Virus record (IMG/VR): IMGVR_UViG_3300032138_000004
Location: 1 to 64,000 of that record
DNA length: 64,000 bases
Source: a virus
Lineage: Duplodnaviria > Caudoviricetes
Direction: 5' to 3' (one strand)
Below the pieces are notes generated by a model, which saw nothing but the letters and a program-made list of their open reading frames with translations, was not told the origin of the DNA and ran no database searches. This document shows, piece by piece, positions 53,080 to 63,184 of the stretch (position 1 is its first letter; each line of letters starts with the position of its first letter). The position numbers and the translations under genes are program-made.

Positions 53080-53221
53080 GGGGCCTCCGCCGAGTGAACG
53101 GAGTAACCGTACCATGGCCCCGAAAGCCGCGCTATCGACGATGCCTCCGGCAGAACCGGGGCCCTCAGTGCAACAAGTGGGCTACGGGGGCCGTAGTCAC
53201 TTCGGACACAGGAGGGTCTCC

Positions 53222-53518
53222 ATGCGAACCAAAACCACCGTCGTCGCCACACTGCTGATGCTCGCCGCCATCCCATCGGGATGCGCGGGGGGGGACCCAT
53301 ACGAGCGCTGTGTCGACTTGGAGCGCGACCAGGACGACCTCGCCGACTGTTGTGAGGAAATCGGGACGGCTGATTGCGAGGACGGGCTTCTCCCGCTGGT
53401 GCCCGACGCAGACCCGGATGGCTCATGCCCCACCCACTACTGCTACGCCTACAACCAAGCCGGCTGCTACGCCATCGACACCCTCGACAAGCACGCGGAC
53501 CGGTCGTGGTGTACCTGA
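53222..53518 (+). CDS. Cys-rich lipoprotein, antisense moron
   Basis: AGGAGG SD; MRTKTTVVATLLMLAAIPSG-C lipobox-like; 8 further Cys. Confidence 0.7.
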   Translation: MRTKTTVVATLLMLAAIPSGCAGGDPYERCVDLERDQDDLADCCEEIGTADCEDGLLPLVPDADPDGSCPTHYCYAYNQAGCYAIDTLDKHADRSWCT

Positions 53519-54211
53519 TCACAGGTACTGAACCCTGACCCGAAGGAACCGAGAACGCGCGAAGATGTGGTTCCAGGCGCGGGTGCCGGTGGCAGCGTTG
53601 TCGTTGACCTTGATCCTCACCGAGATCTTGTTCTCACCAGACGCCACCCCGGCGACGACCTTCGACACCGTCGCGTTCTTCCGGGCGAAGTAGTATTCGG
53701 CGGTCTGCGTCGAAGCGTAGAGCCGTCGGTCGGTCACCGGATAGCCGGTTTCGTTCACGAACAGACGGAACTGGCAGGCCTCGTTGGTCTCCTCGGTTCC
53801 GCCAGCACCAGAGGTTGCGCCACTCTCCGCAGAGTAGAGCGTGTAGTTGACGTAGATCGTCGCCGTCGCCCCCGATCTCGGCGGGTTCACATAGATGGAC
53901 GTGGCCATCCCTGGGATGGTTGTCCACCGGCCAGAGCTAGCGTCGTCGCTGAAGTGCGCTGCGACTAGGTGCGACTGTCCCGTCCGCACCCAGTGCAAAT
54001 CACAACTCGCCATCACCGCCCGCGAGGCTCGCTGCCCCACAAAAAATCGGGGAGGGTCGATCATCGCCGGGTCGACCCACTTCGCCGAGGTCTTCAGGTC
54101 GCCAGCGATGACCCCACCGTTGATGTAGTCCTGCACCTCGTCGAGACGGCTGCGCAGATCTGCGGCTGCCACCACGGCGCCGTTCACGAAGTTCGTCAAG
54201 CTCGTTGGCAC
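53519..54211 (-). CDS. tail-associated protein (paralogue 3)
   Basis: Similar size and N-terminal pattern to the two upstream genes. Confidence 0.55.
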   Translation of the reverse strand: MPTSLTNFVNGAVVAAADLRSRLDEVQDYINGGVIAGDLKTSAKWVDPAMIDPPRFFVGQRASRAVMASCDLHWVRTGQSHLVAAHFSDDASSGRWTTIPGMATSIYVNPPRSGATATIYVNYTLYSAESGATSGAGGTEETNEACQFRLFVNETGYPVTDRRLYASTQTAEYYFARKNATVSKVVAGVASGENKISVRIKVNDNAATGTRAWNHIFARSRFLRVRVQYL

Positions 54212-54221
54212 ACTGCCTCCA

Positions 54222-54839
54222 TCACAGCTTCACCACTCGGGGGAACAGCGCACAGTTCGTCAAGATGACGTTGGCGCCATTCGTTTCCTGCTGCTGGAGA
54301 CGGACCCGAAAGTTCGAGCTGTTGACCGACTCCGTGACCCTCGCGACGATGTCCATGCTGCCATGCATGATGATCAACTCATTACCGTTGCTCTCACGTC
54401 GCGTCGATCGGGCGATGGTGTTCCATGTAGGAACGCCGTCGTCAGCGTACTGGAGCCGGAACTCGAAAATGTATTGCGGGTCGCCTGCCCCCGTGTTGTC
54501 GGAGGCCTCCCCCTCGTACTCGAAGGAGCAGTAGATGATCATCTCCTCGTTCGAGGAGTTGTAGGTCAGGTCGCCGATCTCGATGTTGGCGCCGCACACG
54601 GCCACCGCCCAGGCCGCGTTCGAGTTCGTAGTCGGCCCGACGTTCTCGAAGACGTCGGTACCTGTCGGGGTCTCTGAGGCCGTGTCGGCCGCGATGTTCC
54701 GCTGGTGGATCCCGCCGAGCCTGATGTTCTCCCCGTCAATGACCGCTGTCGCCACATCCCACGAGGCAAGCATCGTATTCGGCTTCGAGATCGTGACGTC
54801 GTCGCCGACGTCGATGGGGGTCACCGTGACGCGCGACAT
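54222..54839 (-). CDS. tail-associated protein (paralogue 2)
   Basis: As above. Confidence 0.55.
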   Translation of the reverse strand: MSRVTVTPIDVGDDVTISKPNTMLASWDVATAVIDGENIRLGGIHQRNIAADTASETPTGTDVFENVGPTTNSNAAWAVAVCGANIEIGDLTYNSSNEEMIIYCSFEYEGEASDNTGAGDPQYIFEFRLQYADDGVPTWNTIARSTRRESNGNELIIMHGSMDIVARVTESVNSSNFRVRLQQQETNGANVILTNCALFPRVVKL

Positions 54840-54841
54840 GG

Positions 54842-55441
54842 CTACCTCTTCAGGACTTCGACGATGAGTTCGCCGTAGTCGATCGAAACTGTCCGCTCTG
54901 CCCGGCCATTACCACTCGCCCGGTATGTTCGGAACTCCACCGTCACCACAGGGGAGCCCGGCCCGACAACAGTGTTGCCGTAAAGCGTCGTCGAGTCGTA
55001 ATCGCGTGAGTCCGAGTGCACGGGCGAACGGGCCACCTCCACACCATCAACCACCAGCCTGATGGCGAGCAACTCGCTCTCCCCAGCCAGAGGGTAGCCG
55101 CCACCAATGTTCCAGTTCCAGGTGCCCGACCAGACGATGTCGAGCACGCTGTCGACATCGATCGTGGGCGCCACCCTGCCGATCACCGTGGTCCCGTCGC
55201 CGTCGACCCACTCCGTGGTCTTCGTCGGCAGGTTCACGCTCGCCGTGAACAGCGGGTCGCTGAACACCTCCGCAACCGTCCCATCAGAGATGTGCGTGCC
55301 ATCCACCGCCGACTCAGGCAGGTTGTCCCTGTCCATGCCCCCGTTGAACTCGCCGGCCAGCTCGGCGTTGCTGTCGACCCAGTCCGACGGGTCGGCGATG
55401 TCGTCGTCGGAAGGAAAAGTTGTCTTGTAGCGGAACGACAT
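54842..55441 (-). CDS. tail-associated protein (paralogue 1)
   Basis: As above; abuts the nozzle gene. Confidence 0.55.
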   Translation of the reverse strand: MSFRYKTTFPSDDDIADPSDWVDSNAELAGEFNGGMDRDNLPESAVDGTHISDGTVAEVFSDPLFTASVNLPTKTTEWVDGDGTTVIGRVAPTIDVDSVLDIVWSGTWNWNIGGGYPLAGESELLAIRLVVDGVEVARSPVHSDSRDYDSTTLYGNTVVGPGSPVVTVEFRTYRASGNGRAERTVSIDYGELIVEVLKR

Positions 55442-57541
55442 CTACCCCTCCGTCCCGGAGAAGACCTCGGTGAGCGGCAGCGTCTTGCGGCGCTTGTCGA
55501 CCTGGATGACCCAGTCGTATCCGATGATCTCCCCCCGACCCGTCCAGGAGAAGGTCGCCTGGAGCTCGTGCACGGGGCCGTGCCCCATGCTGGTGACGTC
55601 CCAGCGAACCACGACAGGTCGATGGTCTCCCCACTTCGCGGCCCCGCCCCAGGTCATCGTGCCGTAGACGGGCAGCAGGTCGTTGTCGCTGCCATCCCGG
55701 GCCATGGCGTCCACCACGTAGCGCTGGTCCCTGCCCTGGTCGCTGTCGTAGATGGGCGCCATCGCCCGGCTCGGGGTCACGTTCAGGCTGATGTCGTTTT
55801 TGCCTAGGCCCACCACCGTGGCCAGCACCCGGAACTTCCCGAAGACCGCCTGGTAGATGCTGCCGAAGTCGACGTGCGCAGTCTCGTAGATCGAGGAGAG
55901 CGCCGTCCCGCCCTTGTCGCCGAAGCCGTGGCCGTAGACCCACACGCCGGGCTTGCTGCTGGCATCGTTCGACCCGAACATCAGGTAGCCCCGACGGTCC
56001 CCCGTCACGACCATGGCCCCGATGGGGTACTCCTGCCGCGTGCTCCAGGCTCCGATCTCGTAGTGGTACACGAGCACCAGATCGTTCTTGTGACTGCCCA
56101 CCGTGGGCACAGCCAGCCAGTATTCGCCGTCTGCGTGGTAGACGACACCCTCAGCAGCAGGCAGGGCGGAGCGGTTGATCCGCCTGAACAGGTCAGGGAT
56201 CTGCGTGTCGAGCTGCACCAGCTTCGTCGGCGTGCCAGTGTTCTCCAGCGCGCCCTCGAGGAGGTAGATCCCCGTGTCGCCGACGAAGACCAAGCCGAGG
56301 CCGGGAAGGAACCGCACCGCGTTGGGCGCCGTCGTCCCCACATCCCGGAACAGCGTCTGGGCATAGAAGCCCGAGGCCGGGTCCCCCTTGATCAGGTAGA
56401 TGCCGCGCGCCTTGAACACCACCAGCGCGTTGCGCGTCGAGTAGAGCGCTGTCGGGGGCCCGCCCTCACCGTCGCCGAGGTCGAAGAAGTTGTCGGGCGG
56501 GTACTCCTCGGGGAGGCCGGGCTTGCTGAAGTGCACGCCACGCTTCGTGGCCAGGAACATCGTGTCCTTGAACACTGCGATCAGGTGCGCGTCGGAAGGG
56601 AAGCCCCCGAAGTTCTCAGGGTCGGCGAGTTGCGCGAGTGATGTGTCTGGCAGCAGGTCCGCAAACAGCCGTGTTGAGTTGTCGGGGATCTCAGTCAGGA
56701 AGTAGTAGTTCTCGTTGGCCCCGCGACTCAGTGGCTCGCCGCTACTGTCGAGGACGTCGGCCGTGCGGTACAGGCGCGACGCCACCGCCCAGTCCGGGCC
56801 GGGCGCCAACTCACATGTGATGATCGTCGTGGACGTCGTATTCAGGAAAGTGATCAGCACCGATGGTTCTGACAACGCCGACTCCTGGCCCCGCTCGTTG
56901 ACAAATGAGCGCCGATATATGTAGCCGCAGGTCTTGCTGACCTCGCCCAGTCCGATTCGAGCGTCAGATATGAGATGGTCGGTGTTTGCTGCGTCCTTGT
57001 TGGCCACGTAGACATCGGGCGGCGGCGGCGCGAGGCCGAACCCAGCCCGCATCGCCTTCACCCCATCGAACACCAGGGGCTCGTCGTAGCCGTTCACCAG
57101 GTAGAGGTAGTCCCCAAACACCGCCGACTGAGTCCGTGCCCAGGGCACCGTCTGCGTGGCCCGAGACCGCACCGTGCCGTCGAAGGCATCGAATGCCTCG
57201 TCCACGATGTTGTTGCTGTTGCCGGCCGGCGAGAGGCTGCCGTTGAAGTGCTTCAGCGCTCCAGTCGCCGTCTCCCAGATGAGCCACTGCCGGGTCCCGC
57301 CCTGCTGCGAGAACCAGTGCAAGCTGGTGATCTCCGCCGTGCTGTCGAAGGAGTTGTCCCCCTCGTCGTCGTTGGGGGTCAGTTGGCCGTAGCCACCCGC
57401 CGTGCGCCACCCCTCCTTGCGGTGCCACGTCATGTCCGTGATGCGGGCAGCCGCCGACGGCGACGCCTTCCACCGCTGGTCGATCCCGCGCAGGGGGTAG
57501 ACCTGCAGGTGCTGGCTCTGCCACTTTTCGTGCGTGCTCAC
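55442..57541 (-). CDS. podovirus tail nozzle / DNA-stabilisation protein (P22 gp10 / T7 gp12-like)
   Basis: Beta-propeller-like pattern (YLYLVNG, VHFSKPGLPE, LVVFK, DVGT..P, LVYHY..AWS); size and position. Confidence 0.7.
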   Translation of the reverse strand: MSTHEKWQSQHLQVYPLRGIDQRWKASPSAAARITDMTWHRKEGWRTAGGYGQLTPNDDEGDNSFDSTAEITSLHWFSQQGGTRQWLIWETATGALKHFNGSLSPAGNSNNIVDEAFDAFDGTVRSRATQTVPWARTQSAVFGDYLYLVNGYDEPLVFDGVKAMRAGFGLAPPPPDVYVANKDAANTDHLISDARIGLGEVSKTCGYIYRRSFVNERGQESALSEPSVLITFLNTTSTTIITCELAPGPDWAVASRLYRTADVLDSSGEPLSRGANENYYFLTEIPDNSTRLFADLLPDTSLAQLADPENFGGFPSDAHLIAVFKDTMFLATKRGVHFSKPGLPEEYPPDNFFDLGDGEGGPPTALYSTRNALVVFKARGIYLIKGDPASGFYAQTLFRDVGTTAPNAVRFLPGLGLVFVGDTGIYLLEGALENTGTPTKLVQLDTQIPDLFRRINRSALPAAEGVVYHADGEYWLAVPTVGSHKNDLVLVYHYEIGAWSTRQEYPIGAMVVTGDRRGYLMFGSNDASSKPGVWVYGHGFGDKGGTALSSIYETAHVDFGSIYQAVFGKFRVLATVVGLGKNDISLNVTPSRAMAPIYDSDQGRDQRYVVDAMARDGSDNDLLPVYGTMTWGGAAKWGDHRPVVVRWDVTSMGHGPVHELQATFSWTGRGEIIGYDWVIQVDKRRKTLPLTEVFSGTEG

Positions 57542-57545
57542 AGGC

Positions 57546-58862
57546 TCAGTCCACCCGGCGGGGGGCGGTCAGGCGGCGATAGTTGATGTCCCGGTTGGAC
57601 CCGTACTGCAGCTCAGCCTTCCAGTTCCGAGCCACGTAGCGCTCATCCTTCTTGGCTAGACTGCTCTCGAGTACCCGCAGCGACGTCGCTGCTCGCCGCT
57701 CGAACTTGTTCGACTCACCACCGCCGAGGATGTCCGACAGGACCATGTTCTTGATGTAGCTCTCGACAGCCGGGGGCCCGACGGGCTGGTCGGAGCCAGC
57801 GATGAGCTCGGGTGGCCGGTACCAGATCCGCGCTGTGATCGTGCGGTTCGAGCTGGCCGTCGCATACGCCCGAAACGTCTTCCGCTGACCGGCCGGGCCA
57901 GTGTAGTAGACGATGTCGTCACGGTCGACGGCATAGTTGGGCAGCAGGTTGTCGATAAGCAACGGGCTCGCGTTGTCCTCCATCTTCTCCCAGAGGTACC
58001 AGCGCCCGCCGTTGTCGACGTCACGCATATAGATCCACGCCTGCTTCCCCGCCCGCTGAATCGAGCCACCCGGCGGAAGCCATCGAAGTTCCTCGACGCC
58101 CGCGACCGTGATCTCCTTCACCGCTGTCGTGGTGACGCTGGCCACTGGGCTCGGGGCGCTCTCCTGGCCCTCGTAGTAGAGCGTGTAGCGGACCTCGTAC
58201 TTCGTCGAGGCCTTCAGGCCGTCGTCGCCCGAGGCAGACCCCGCGACTGACAGCGTCAGCTTCGCCTCGGGCTGGCGGATCTGCACATGATCATCCTCGA
58301 TGATGAACCCAGGCTGCCCCTCCTGAGCGCTGTCCAGGAAGAGCATTTCTTCCTGGCGGGCCGAAAGGCTGCCCATTCGACCGTAGCCGCCCGTTGTTTT
58401 GTCCATCCAACCAAGCGCCTGGATGGTGTCCACTGGCAGCCGGTAGCGGTCGAAGCGGATGCTCCAGTCGTCCGTGTTTCCACCCGTGATCGTCGCTGTC
58501 AGCGGCGTGGTCAGCCACAGCAGGTTCGCAGACGGCGTCGTGTCCACCCGGCCGATGATGTGCTCGTTGTTGTTGGGGTCGATGAAGACGTGCCCCTCCC
58601 ACCCCTGGACGTAGAAGTCCGACCCCGGGCTCACCTGGCGCAGGTTGCCGCTGAGCGACGTCACCGTCTGCGTCGCGGACCCCTCGACCTTCGCGTAGAG
58701 CTGGACGTCTACGTGCCTCTGGCAGAACAGCCACGGGCGCATCTGGCAAAGGTCCATGTAGACCTCGTTGATTCGACGCCGAAGGCTGTCACGGTACGCC
58801 GCGATCTTCGGGTCGAACGACTCCTCGTCCAGGATCTTCTGCATCATGCTGGACAGGGACAT
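57546..58862 (-). CDS. head-tail adaptor (tail tubular A-like) with inserted beta domains
   Basis: N-terminal INEVYMDLCQMRPWLF, YRLP, C-terminal helices; follows the capsid genes. Confidence 0.6.
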   Translation of the reverse strand: MSLSSMMQKILDEESFDPKIAAYRDSLRRRINEVYMDLCQMRPWLFCQRHVDVQLYAKVEGSATQTVTSLSGNLRQVSPGSDFYVQGWEGHVFIDPNNNEHIIGRVDTTPSANLLWLTTPLTATITGGNTDDWSIRFDRYRLPVDTIQALGWMDKTTGGYGRMGSLSARQEEMLFLDSAQEGQPGFIIEDDHVQIRQPEAKLTLSVAGSASGDDGLKASTKYEVRYTLYYEGQESAPSPVASVTTTAVKEITVAGVEELRWLPPGGSIQRAGKQAWIYMRDVDNGGRWYLWEKMEDNASPLLIDNLLPNYAVDRDDIVYYTGPAGQRKTFRAYATASSNRTITARIWYRPPELIAGSDQPVGPPAVESYIKNMVLSDILGGGESNKFERRAATSLRVLESSLAKKDERYVARNWKAELQYGSNRDINYRRLTAPRRVD

Positions 58863-58870
58863 CAGGGGCT

Positions 58871-58920
58871 CCAGAAACAGCCGCGCCCGGCGTAGTCAGG
58901 AGGGACCACACCGGGCGCGG
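58871..58920 (-). terminator. hairpin after the capsid/cement genes
   Basis: CCGCGCCCGG...CCGGGCGCGG stem followed by CTGTTTCT on the minus strand. Confidence 0.55.
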
Positions 58921-58952
58921 GAGGGGGTGGCCCCTGCTCTGTAGGCGTCAGA

Positions 58953-59408
58953 TCACGGCTTCTGGGCGAGACCCAGGGGGTCAAGCAGGATGCCGGTCGC
59001 CACGTTGGTCACCGCCGAATCGTCGGTCAGCGCCACGGCCACATGGGTGTAGCTCTCGGGGTCAGAGACAGCCGAGTTGGTGTAGTCGATCAGCTGAGCG
59101 TGAGCACTCGCCGAGCCGACAAGGATGTCGCCCGCGACCGTGTCCTCGTCCACCGGCAAGGCCGTGTTGTAGCCCTTGACCTGGACCTCGATGAAGCCGG
59201 CCTCTGTCCATGCCTCCATCGAAATCCCGCCGATGAGGGCGGGGGGATCGGTGGTCAGGTAGGACTTGAAGCTGTTGCCCAGACCGTGGGTGGTGTCTGT
59301 GGTGTTGATGACCACAGGTACGTTGGCCGAGCCCGTGCCCGTCACGTACAGCTGACGGAACGACTTCTCGTAGATGTCGGTGTTGAACACACCATCGACG
59401 CGACGCAT
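58953..59408 (-). CDS. capsid cement / decoration protein
   Basis: Directly after the MCP; GFIEVQVKG...VAGDIL pattern. Confidence 0.6.
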   Translation of the reverse strand: MRRVDGVFNTDIYEKSFRQLYVTGTGSANVPVVINTTDTTHGLGNSFKSYLTTDPPALIGGISMEAWTEAGFIEVQVKGYNTALPVDEDTVAGDILVGSASAHAQLIDYTNSAVSDPESYTHVAVALTDDSAVTNVATGILLDPLGLAQKP

Positions 59409-59449
59409 GGGAGTTCTCCTTGGCCGAGCTCAGCCGGCCGTCATGGGGT

Positions 59450-60511
59450 TCAGAAGGTCTCACCGGAGTGGATGAGGCCGGTGGAGTGGAACTTCTTCAC
59501 GCACCACTGACCGTTGCAGTCGATGAAGGCGACCACGCCACGGTGCCCGCCGCCGACTTCGCGGAAGTCGGTGATGCCGAAGTGACCGTCAGTGTCAGCG
59601 CGCAGCCACACGGGGTAGATCCCCTTGAGGTCGAGCAGGAGCAGCGACCACGGCGAGGCCGCGGTGTTGGTCCCGCTGATGGGCATGTCGCCGGTCTGGT
59701 GGATGGGTGCGCCCATGAGCATGACGTCGGGCGAGTACAGGTCGGGGTTGTCGCCCGGCTTGTACTGCATGTAAGGCTCCATCACGCGCTGGGCGTTCAG
59801 GAGACCCTGGCGACTGGCCAAGACAGTGAGGCCCTCGGCGTCGCCGTACTCGCGGACGTTGTTGATGATGGTCCGAACGCCCTCACGACCGTTGCTGCCG
59901 AACAGGTCCGACATGTCGTAGGACCAGTTGTTCATGCCGGGCACAGCGTTCAGGGTCGACTTGCTCAGGCCGCCGACGGTGTTGCCCTGGGTGCCGTGGG
60001 CATCCTCCTCGACGTAGCCAAGGGTGGCGTCGTCGGTGCCGTTGAGGTGGCTCCAGCCCGAGGCCAGGAAGCCAGCACCAGTGCCGGCCAGGCTGTAGAC
60101 GTGGAACCTCCGCTTCATCATGCGGGAGACGCCCTTGACCTTGTCGCCGACGTAGTCGTAGAAGGCGGCCTCACCCGTGTAGGTGTTCTTGTCCACCTGA
60201 GTGAAGACGATGGGTGCGCTGGCGTAGCCGGGCTCGAAGACGAAGGTACGGTCCGTGCCCTCGATGTCGAGGGTGACCTCCTCGTAGCCGGTGGGCATGC
60301 CAGTCACGTCGCTGTGCTCGATGACCTCGACGGGCTGCAGCCACTTGCGGCCGCCGTCCTTGGAGGGCTTGCCGACGCCGTTGATGCGGTCCGTCTCGAG
60401 GCAAAGCGGCAGCTTCTTGTCGAGGAGGTCTGGCTTTTCATCGCCCAGGACGGACATGGCGACGTTCGACAGCTCTTCGGTGTCGAAGGTGAGAGTGCGG
60501 CTGGAGGCCAT
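59450..60511 (-). CDS. major capsid protein
   Basis: 353 aa; DGGRKWLQPV, SAPIVF..VD...GE, TVGGLSK; strong SD; follows the scaffold-like gene. Confidence 0.75.
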   Translation of the reverse strand: MASSRTLTFDTEELSNVAMSVLGDEKPDLLDKKLPLCLETDRINGVGKPSKDGGRKWLQPVEVIEHSDVTGMPTGYEEVTLDIEGTDRTFVFEPGYASAPIVFTQVDKNTYTGEAAFYDYVGDKVKGVSRMMKRRFHVYSLAGTGAGFLASGWSHLNGTDDATLGYVEEDAHGTQGNTVGGLSKSTLNAVPGMNNWSYDMSDLFGSNGREGVRTIINNVREYGDAEGLTVLASRQGLLNAQRVMEPYMQYKPGDNPDLYSPDVMLMGAPIHQTGDMPISGTNTAASPWSLLLLDLKGIYPVWLRADTDGHFGITDFREVGGGHRGVVAFIDCNGQWCVKKFHSTGLIHSGETF

Positions 60512-60540
60512 GATGGTCTCTCCTCAGAGAGAGGGGGTGG

Positions 60541-61596
60541 TCAGGATGCGTGCCCGCGCATGCGGGCTCGGTAGGTCTTGGCGGCCTTGGGGTGCTTGCG
60601 GAACCAGTCCAGCTTTGCGGAGCCGGTGAGTCCTGCAGGCGGGCCGTCGGGGGTCTTGGGAGTCGGCCGGTCGGCTGTGTTCGTGGCGATGTGCGCAGCG
60701 GAGCGGGCGGCGCGAGCCTGTCGGGCCTTCCTCCGGTTCGCTTCAGCGGCGCGCAGCCGAGCGTTCTCCTCGGCGTTCACGAAGTCAGCGAGACGGTTGC
60801 GGACCGAGGCCTTGGCGATCTCGGTGGCCTTGGCCTCGTCTTTTCCGTCGGCGAGAGCAGCGGCCTTCGACGCATCCATGGCGGCGCGGACGCGGGCGCG
60901 GACAGCGTCCTGGCCCTCCTTTTCCGCGAACCACTTGTGGCTATCCTCGAGGTCCATGCGCGTCTCGCGACGCTTCAGAGCCTGAGCCTGGTCGTGGACC
61001 GGCGCGACGAACTCCTTCCACGTCTCGCCCGTCGTGTACTTGACGAAGTCGCGGGCCTGCTCGGGGTCGCTCATGTCCACGGTGGACATGTCCCCGTTGT
61101 ACTTGGCCTTCACCTTGTCGGCCTCGGCGATCTTCTTCAAGATCTCCGGGCTGCGCAGGGCGTCGGCGTATTGGCGTTGACCCTTGAGCAGGGCACGCTC
61201 GCGCTCTGCGATGGCGGTCTCGCGCGCCTCGACCCGGGCAGTCAGCTGGGCCTTGGCTGCGTCGTTCGCAGAGCTCCGCTTCCGCTCACGCTGGGCCATC
61301 CGGCGCAGCATCTGCCGAGCCTGCGGGGACATCCTCTCGATGTCCCTCTCGGTGAACTTCGCCAGCGTGTCGGCCGGGTCGGTGTCGTCATCGCTGATGT
61401 CGCCCACCAGTTCGAGCACCCGATCGTAGTGGTCGACTGAGGGCTCGGTTGACGCGGGAGTCGTGTCCGCTTTCAGGCTCTGTTCAGTTGCGTCACTCGT
61501 CGCGAGACTCGCGGCGGGATCGTCGGTGACAACGGGTTCGGGCGTCACATCCGGCGCTACCGGCGGGACCCCCTCAGTGCTCTGTACTTCGGACAT
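60541..61596 (-). CDS. capsid scaffolding protein (putative)
   Basis: Acidic disordered N-terminus and charged coiled coils; directly before the MCP. Confidence 0.6.
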   Translation of the reverse strand: MSEVQSTEGVPPVAPDVTPEPVVTDDPAASLATSDATEQSLKADTTPASTEPSVDHYDRVLELVGDISDDDTDPADTLAKFTERDIERMSPQARQMLRRMAQRERKRSSANDAAKAQLTARVEARETAIAERERALLKGQRQYADALRSPEILKKIAEADKVKAKYNGDMSTVDMSDPEQARDFVKYTTGETWKEFVAPVHDQAQALKRRETRMDLEDSHKWFAEKEGQDAVRARVRAAMDASKAAALADGKDEAKATEIAKASVRNRLADFVNAEENARLRAAEANRRKARQARAARSAAHIATNTADRPTPKTPDGPPAGLTGSAKLDWFRKHPKAAKTYRARMRGHAS

Positions 61597-61608
61597 GACC
61601 CCTCCTGG

Positions 61609-62205
61609 TCACATGGCGGCAGCCAGGGGGTCGTCCTCTGCGTACTCTGCAGGGGGCCCACTGGCCGGCGGCGCTTCGACCTCGGGAGGCGGAGCCTCCG
61701 TCGACACCAGCGCCTCGATGAACTTCTTGTCCTTCGCCATCCCATGCAGCTTGCCGCCGATCTTCTTGGCGGCGCCCGACGAGGTCAGGCTCTGCGGGTC
61801 GAAGGAGTGCTTGCCAAAGCCCAGGGCCTCGGCAGCCTGCGCCAGCATCGCCAGCGGCAGGAAGAGAGCGGGCGGGATTGGCTGGTCCCAGAACTTCACG
61901 CCCTCGGGCGCCGACCACTCGATGAGAGGCACCGGCTCCACCGGCACCTCGAGTTCCGCCTTGTCGAGCGCCTTGTTGGCAGCGTCGAGGACACCGTCCA
62001 GCTCCTTGCTCACCCGCTCGAGGTCAGCGACAGGGATCCCGTCACCCTCGGGCACGGGGGCGGCAGCGGCAAGGGTGTCGACACGGGCAGCATCCGACTG
62101 GTCCTGGGCGGCCGCGACATCCGCCGGGCCAGCACCACCGCCAGGAGGCGGGGGCATCGGAGCGTTGGAGGGCTCGGCGTAGGCGCCAGGGTTGCCAGCA
62201 GGCAT
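61609..62205 (-). CDS. hypothetical Pro/Ala-rich head-module protein
   Basis: GAGGT SD; position in the operon. Confidence 0.6.
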   Translation of the reverse strand: MPAGNPGAYAEPSNAPMPPPPGGGAGPADVAAAQDQSDAARVDTLAAAAPVPEGDGIPVADLERVSKELDGVLDAANKALDKAELEVPVEPVPLIEWSAPEGVKFWDQPIPPALFLPLAMLAQAAEALGFGKHSFDPQSLTSSGAAKKIGGKLHGMAKDKKFIEALVSTEAPPPEVEAPPASGPPAEYAEDDPLAAAM

Positions 62206-62310
62206 GGATGTACGACCTCGTTCGGTCGGACGGTAGCACGCACCATCTTTGACGGCAAAGCCTGTGATCTCACATAGTTACTGTACTTGTTGCAGGCACA
62301 ATCTATATGT

Positions 62311-62961
62311 CTACTTGATGCGTCGAGGCGCCATGACGTGAGGATTCTCGCGACGCAGGTGAGCCAGGATCCGCTTCTTCTCGTTGTCGTTCTCGAAGCG
62401 GTCGACGTAGTCGTTGTTCCACCAGTCCTTGAGCTTCTCATCTTCGCGGTCGGCCAGAGCGTGGAGCCGCTCGGCCTCGTTCGCCGCCTCGCCCTCGAGG
62501 CACACCCAGCCTCGCTTCTTCATCTCTGCGCGACGGTGGCCTGGGCTGCGCAGCATGATCCCCATGCCCTTGTCGAAGTAGGGGTAGCGCTCGCTCGCCC
62601 GATCGTAGGTGCCGCACACCTCGTAGATCGTGGCCTCCCCACACTCAGGGCACCCGCCCGGGGGCTCGGGGTCACCGTTGGCGTCGAGCCACACGTCGGT
62701 CGTCTCATCCTTCCACTCGCAGGTAGTCGAGGTGCACGACTGGTCCTTGAACATGTAGCGGCGCCCCGTCTCGGGACACAGGCGCCCCGCCGAGCGCTGG
62801 TTGAACTTGGCCCGCTCCTCCTTCGGGAACTCGACGCCGAAGTCGTTGCGCAGCATGGGCTCCCCGCACTCGACGCACTCGGCCGGGGTGTCGCGGCCGT
62901 TCATGGGGCGCTGCTCTGCGCGCGTGTGCTCGTTCGCGCACTTGTATCCGTAGCGGGGCAT
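62311..62961 (-). CDS. FmdB-like zinc-ribbon protein with two ribbons
   Basis: MPRYGYKCANEH...CVECG and CTSTTC...CPECG. Confidence 0.7.
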   Translation of the reverse strand: MPRYGYKCANEHTRAEQRPMNGRDTPAECVECGEPMLRNDFGVEFPKEERAKFNQRSAGRLCPETGRRYMFKDQSCTSTTCEWKDETTDVWLDANGDPEPPGGCPECGEATIYEVCGTYDRASERYPYFDKGMGIMLRSPGHRRAEMKKRGWVCLEGEAANEAERLHALADREDEKLKDWWNNDYVDRFENDNEKKRILAHLRRENPHVMAPRRIK

Positions 62962-62971
62962 GGCCGACTCC

Positions 62972-63172
62972 TCAGCAGGTCTCGGGGACGATGACGGAGC
63001 CCTCGGGGTGCGAGTCGAGCTCGCCCTCCGTCACGCGGCTCGTGATGAGCGGCTGCCGACCGGGGCGGTCAACAACCATGAGCACCAGGACGCCACCCGC
63101 CACGTGGGTGCCGTAGCTGGTGATCTGGGTGCCGTCAGGTGGGTGGCTGGTGCCGAGGTACTCGAAGTCCAT
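62972..63172 (-). CDS. hypothetical protein
   Basis: AGGAGGAG SD. Confidence 0.6.
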   Translation of the reverse strand: MDFEYLGTSHPPDGTQITSYGTHVAGGVLVLMVVDRPGRQPLITSRVTEGELDSHPEGSVIVPETC

Positions 63173-63184
63173 GTGGTTCTCCTC

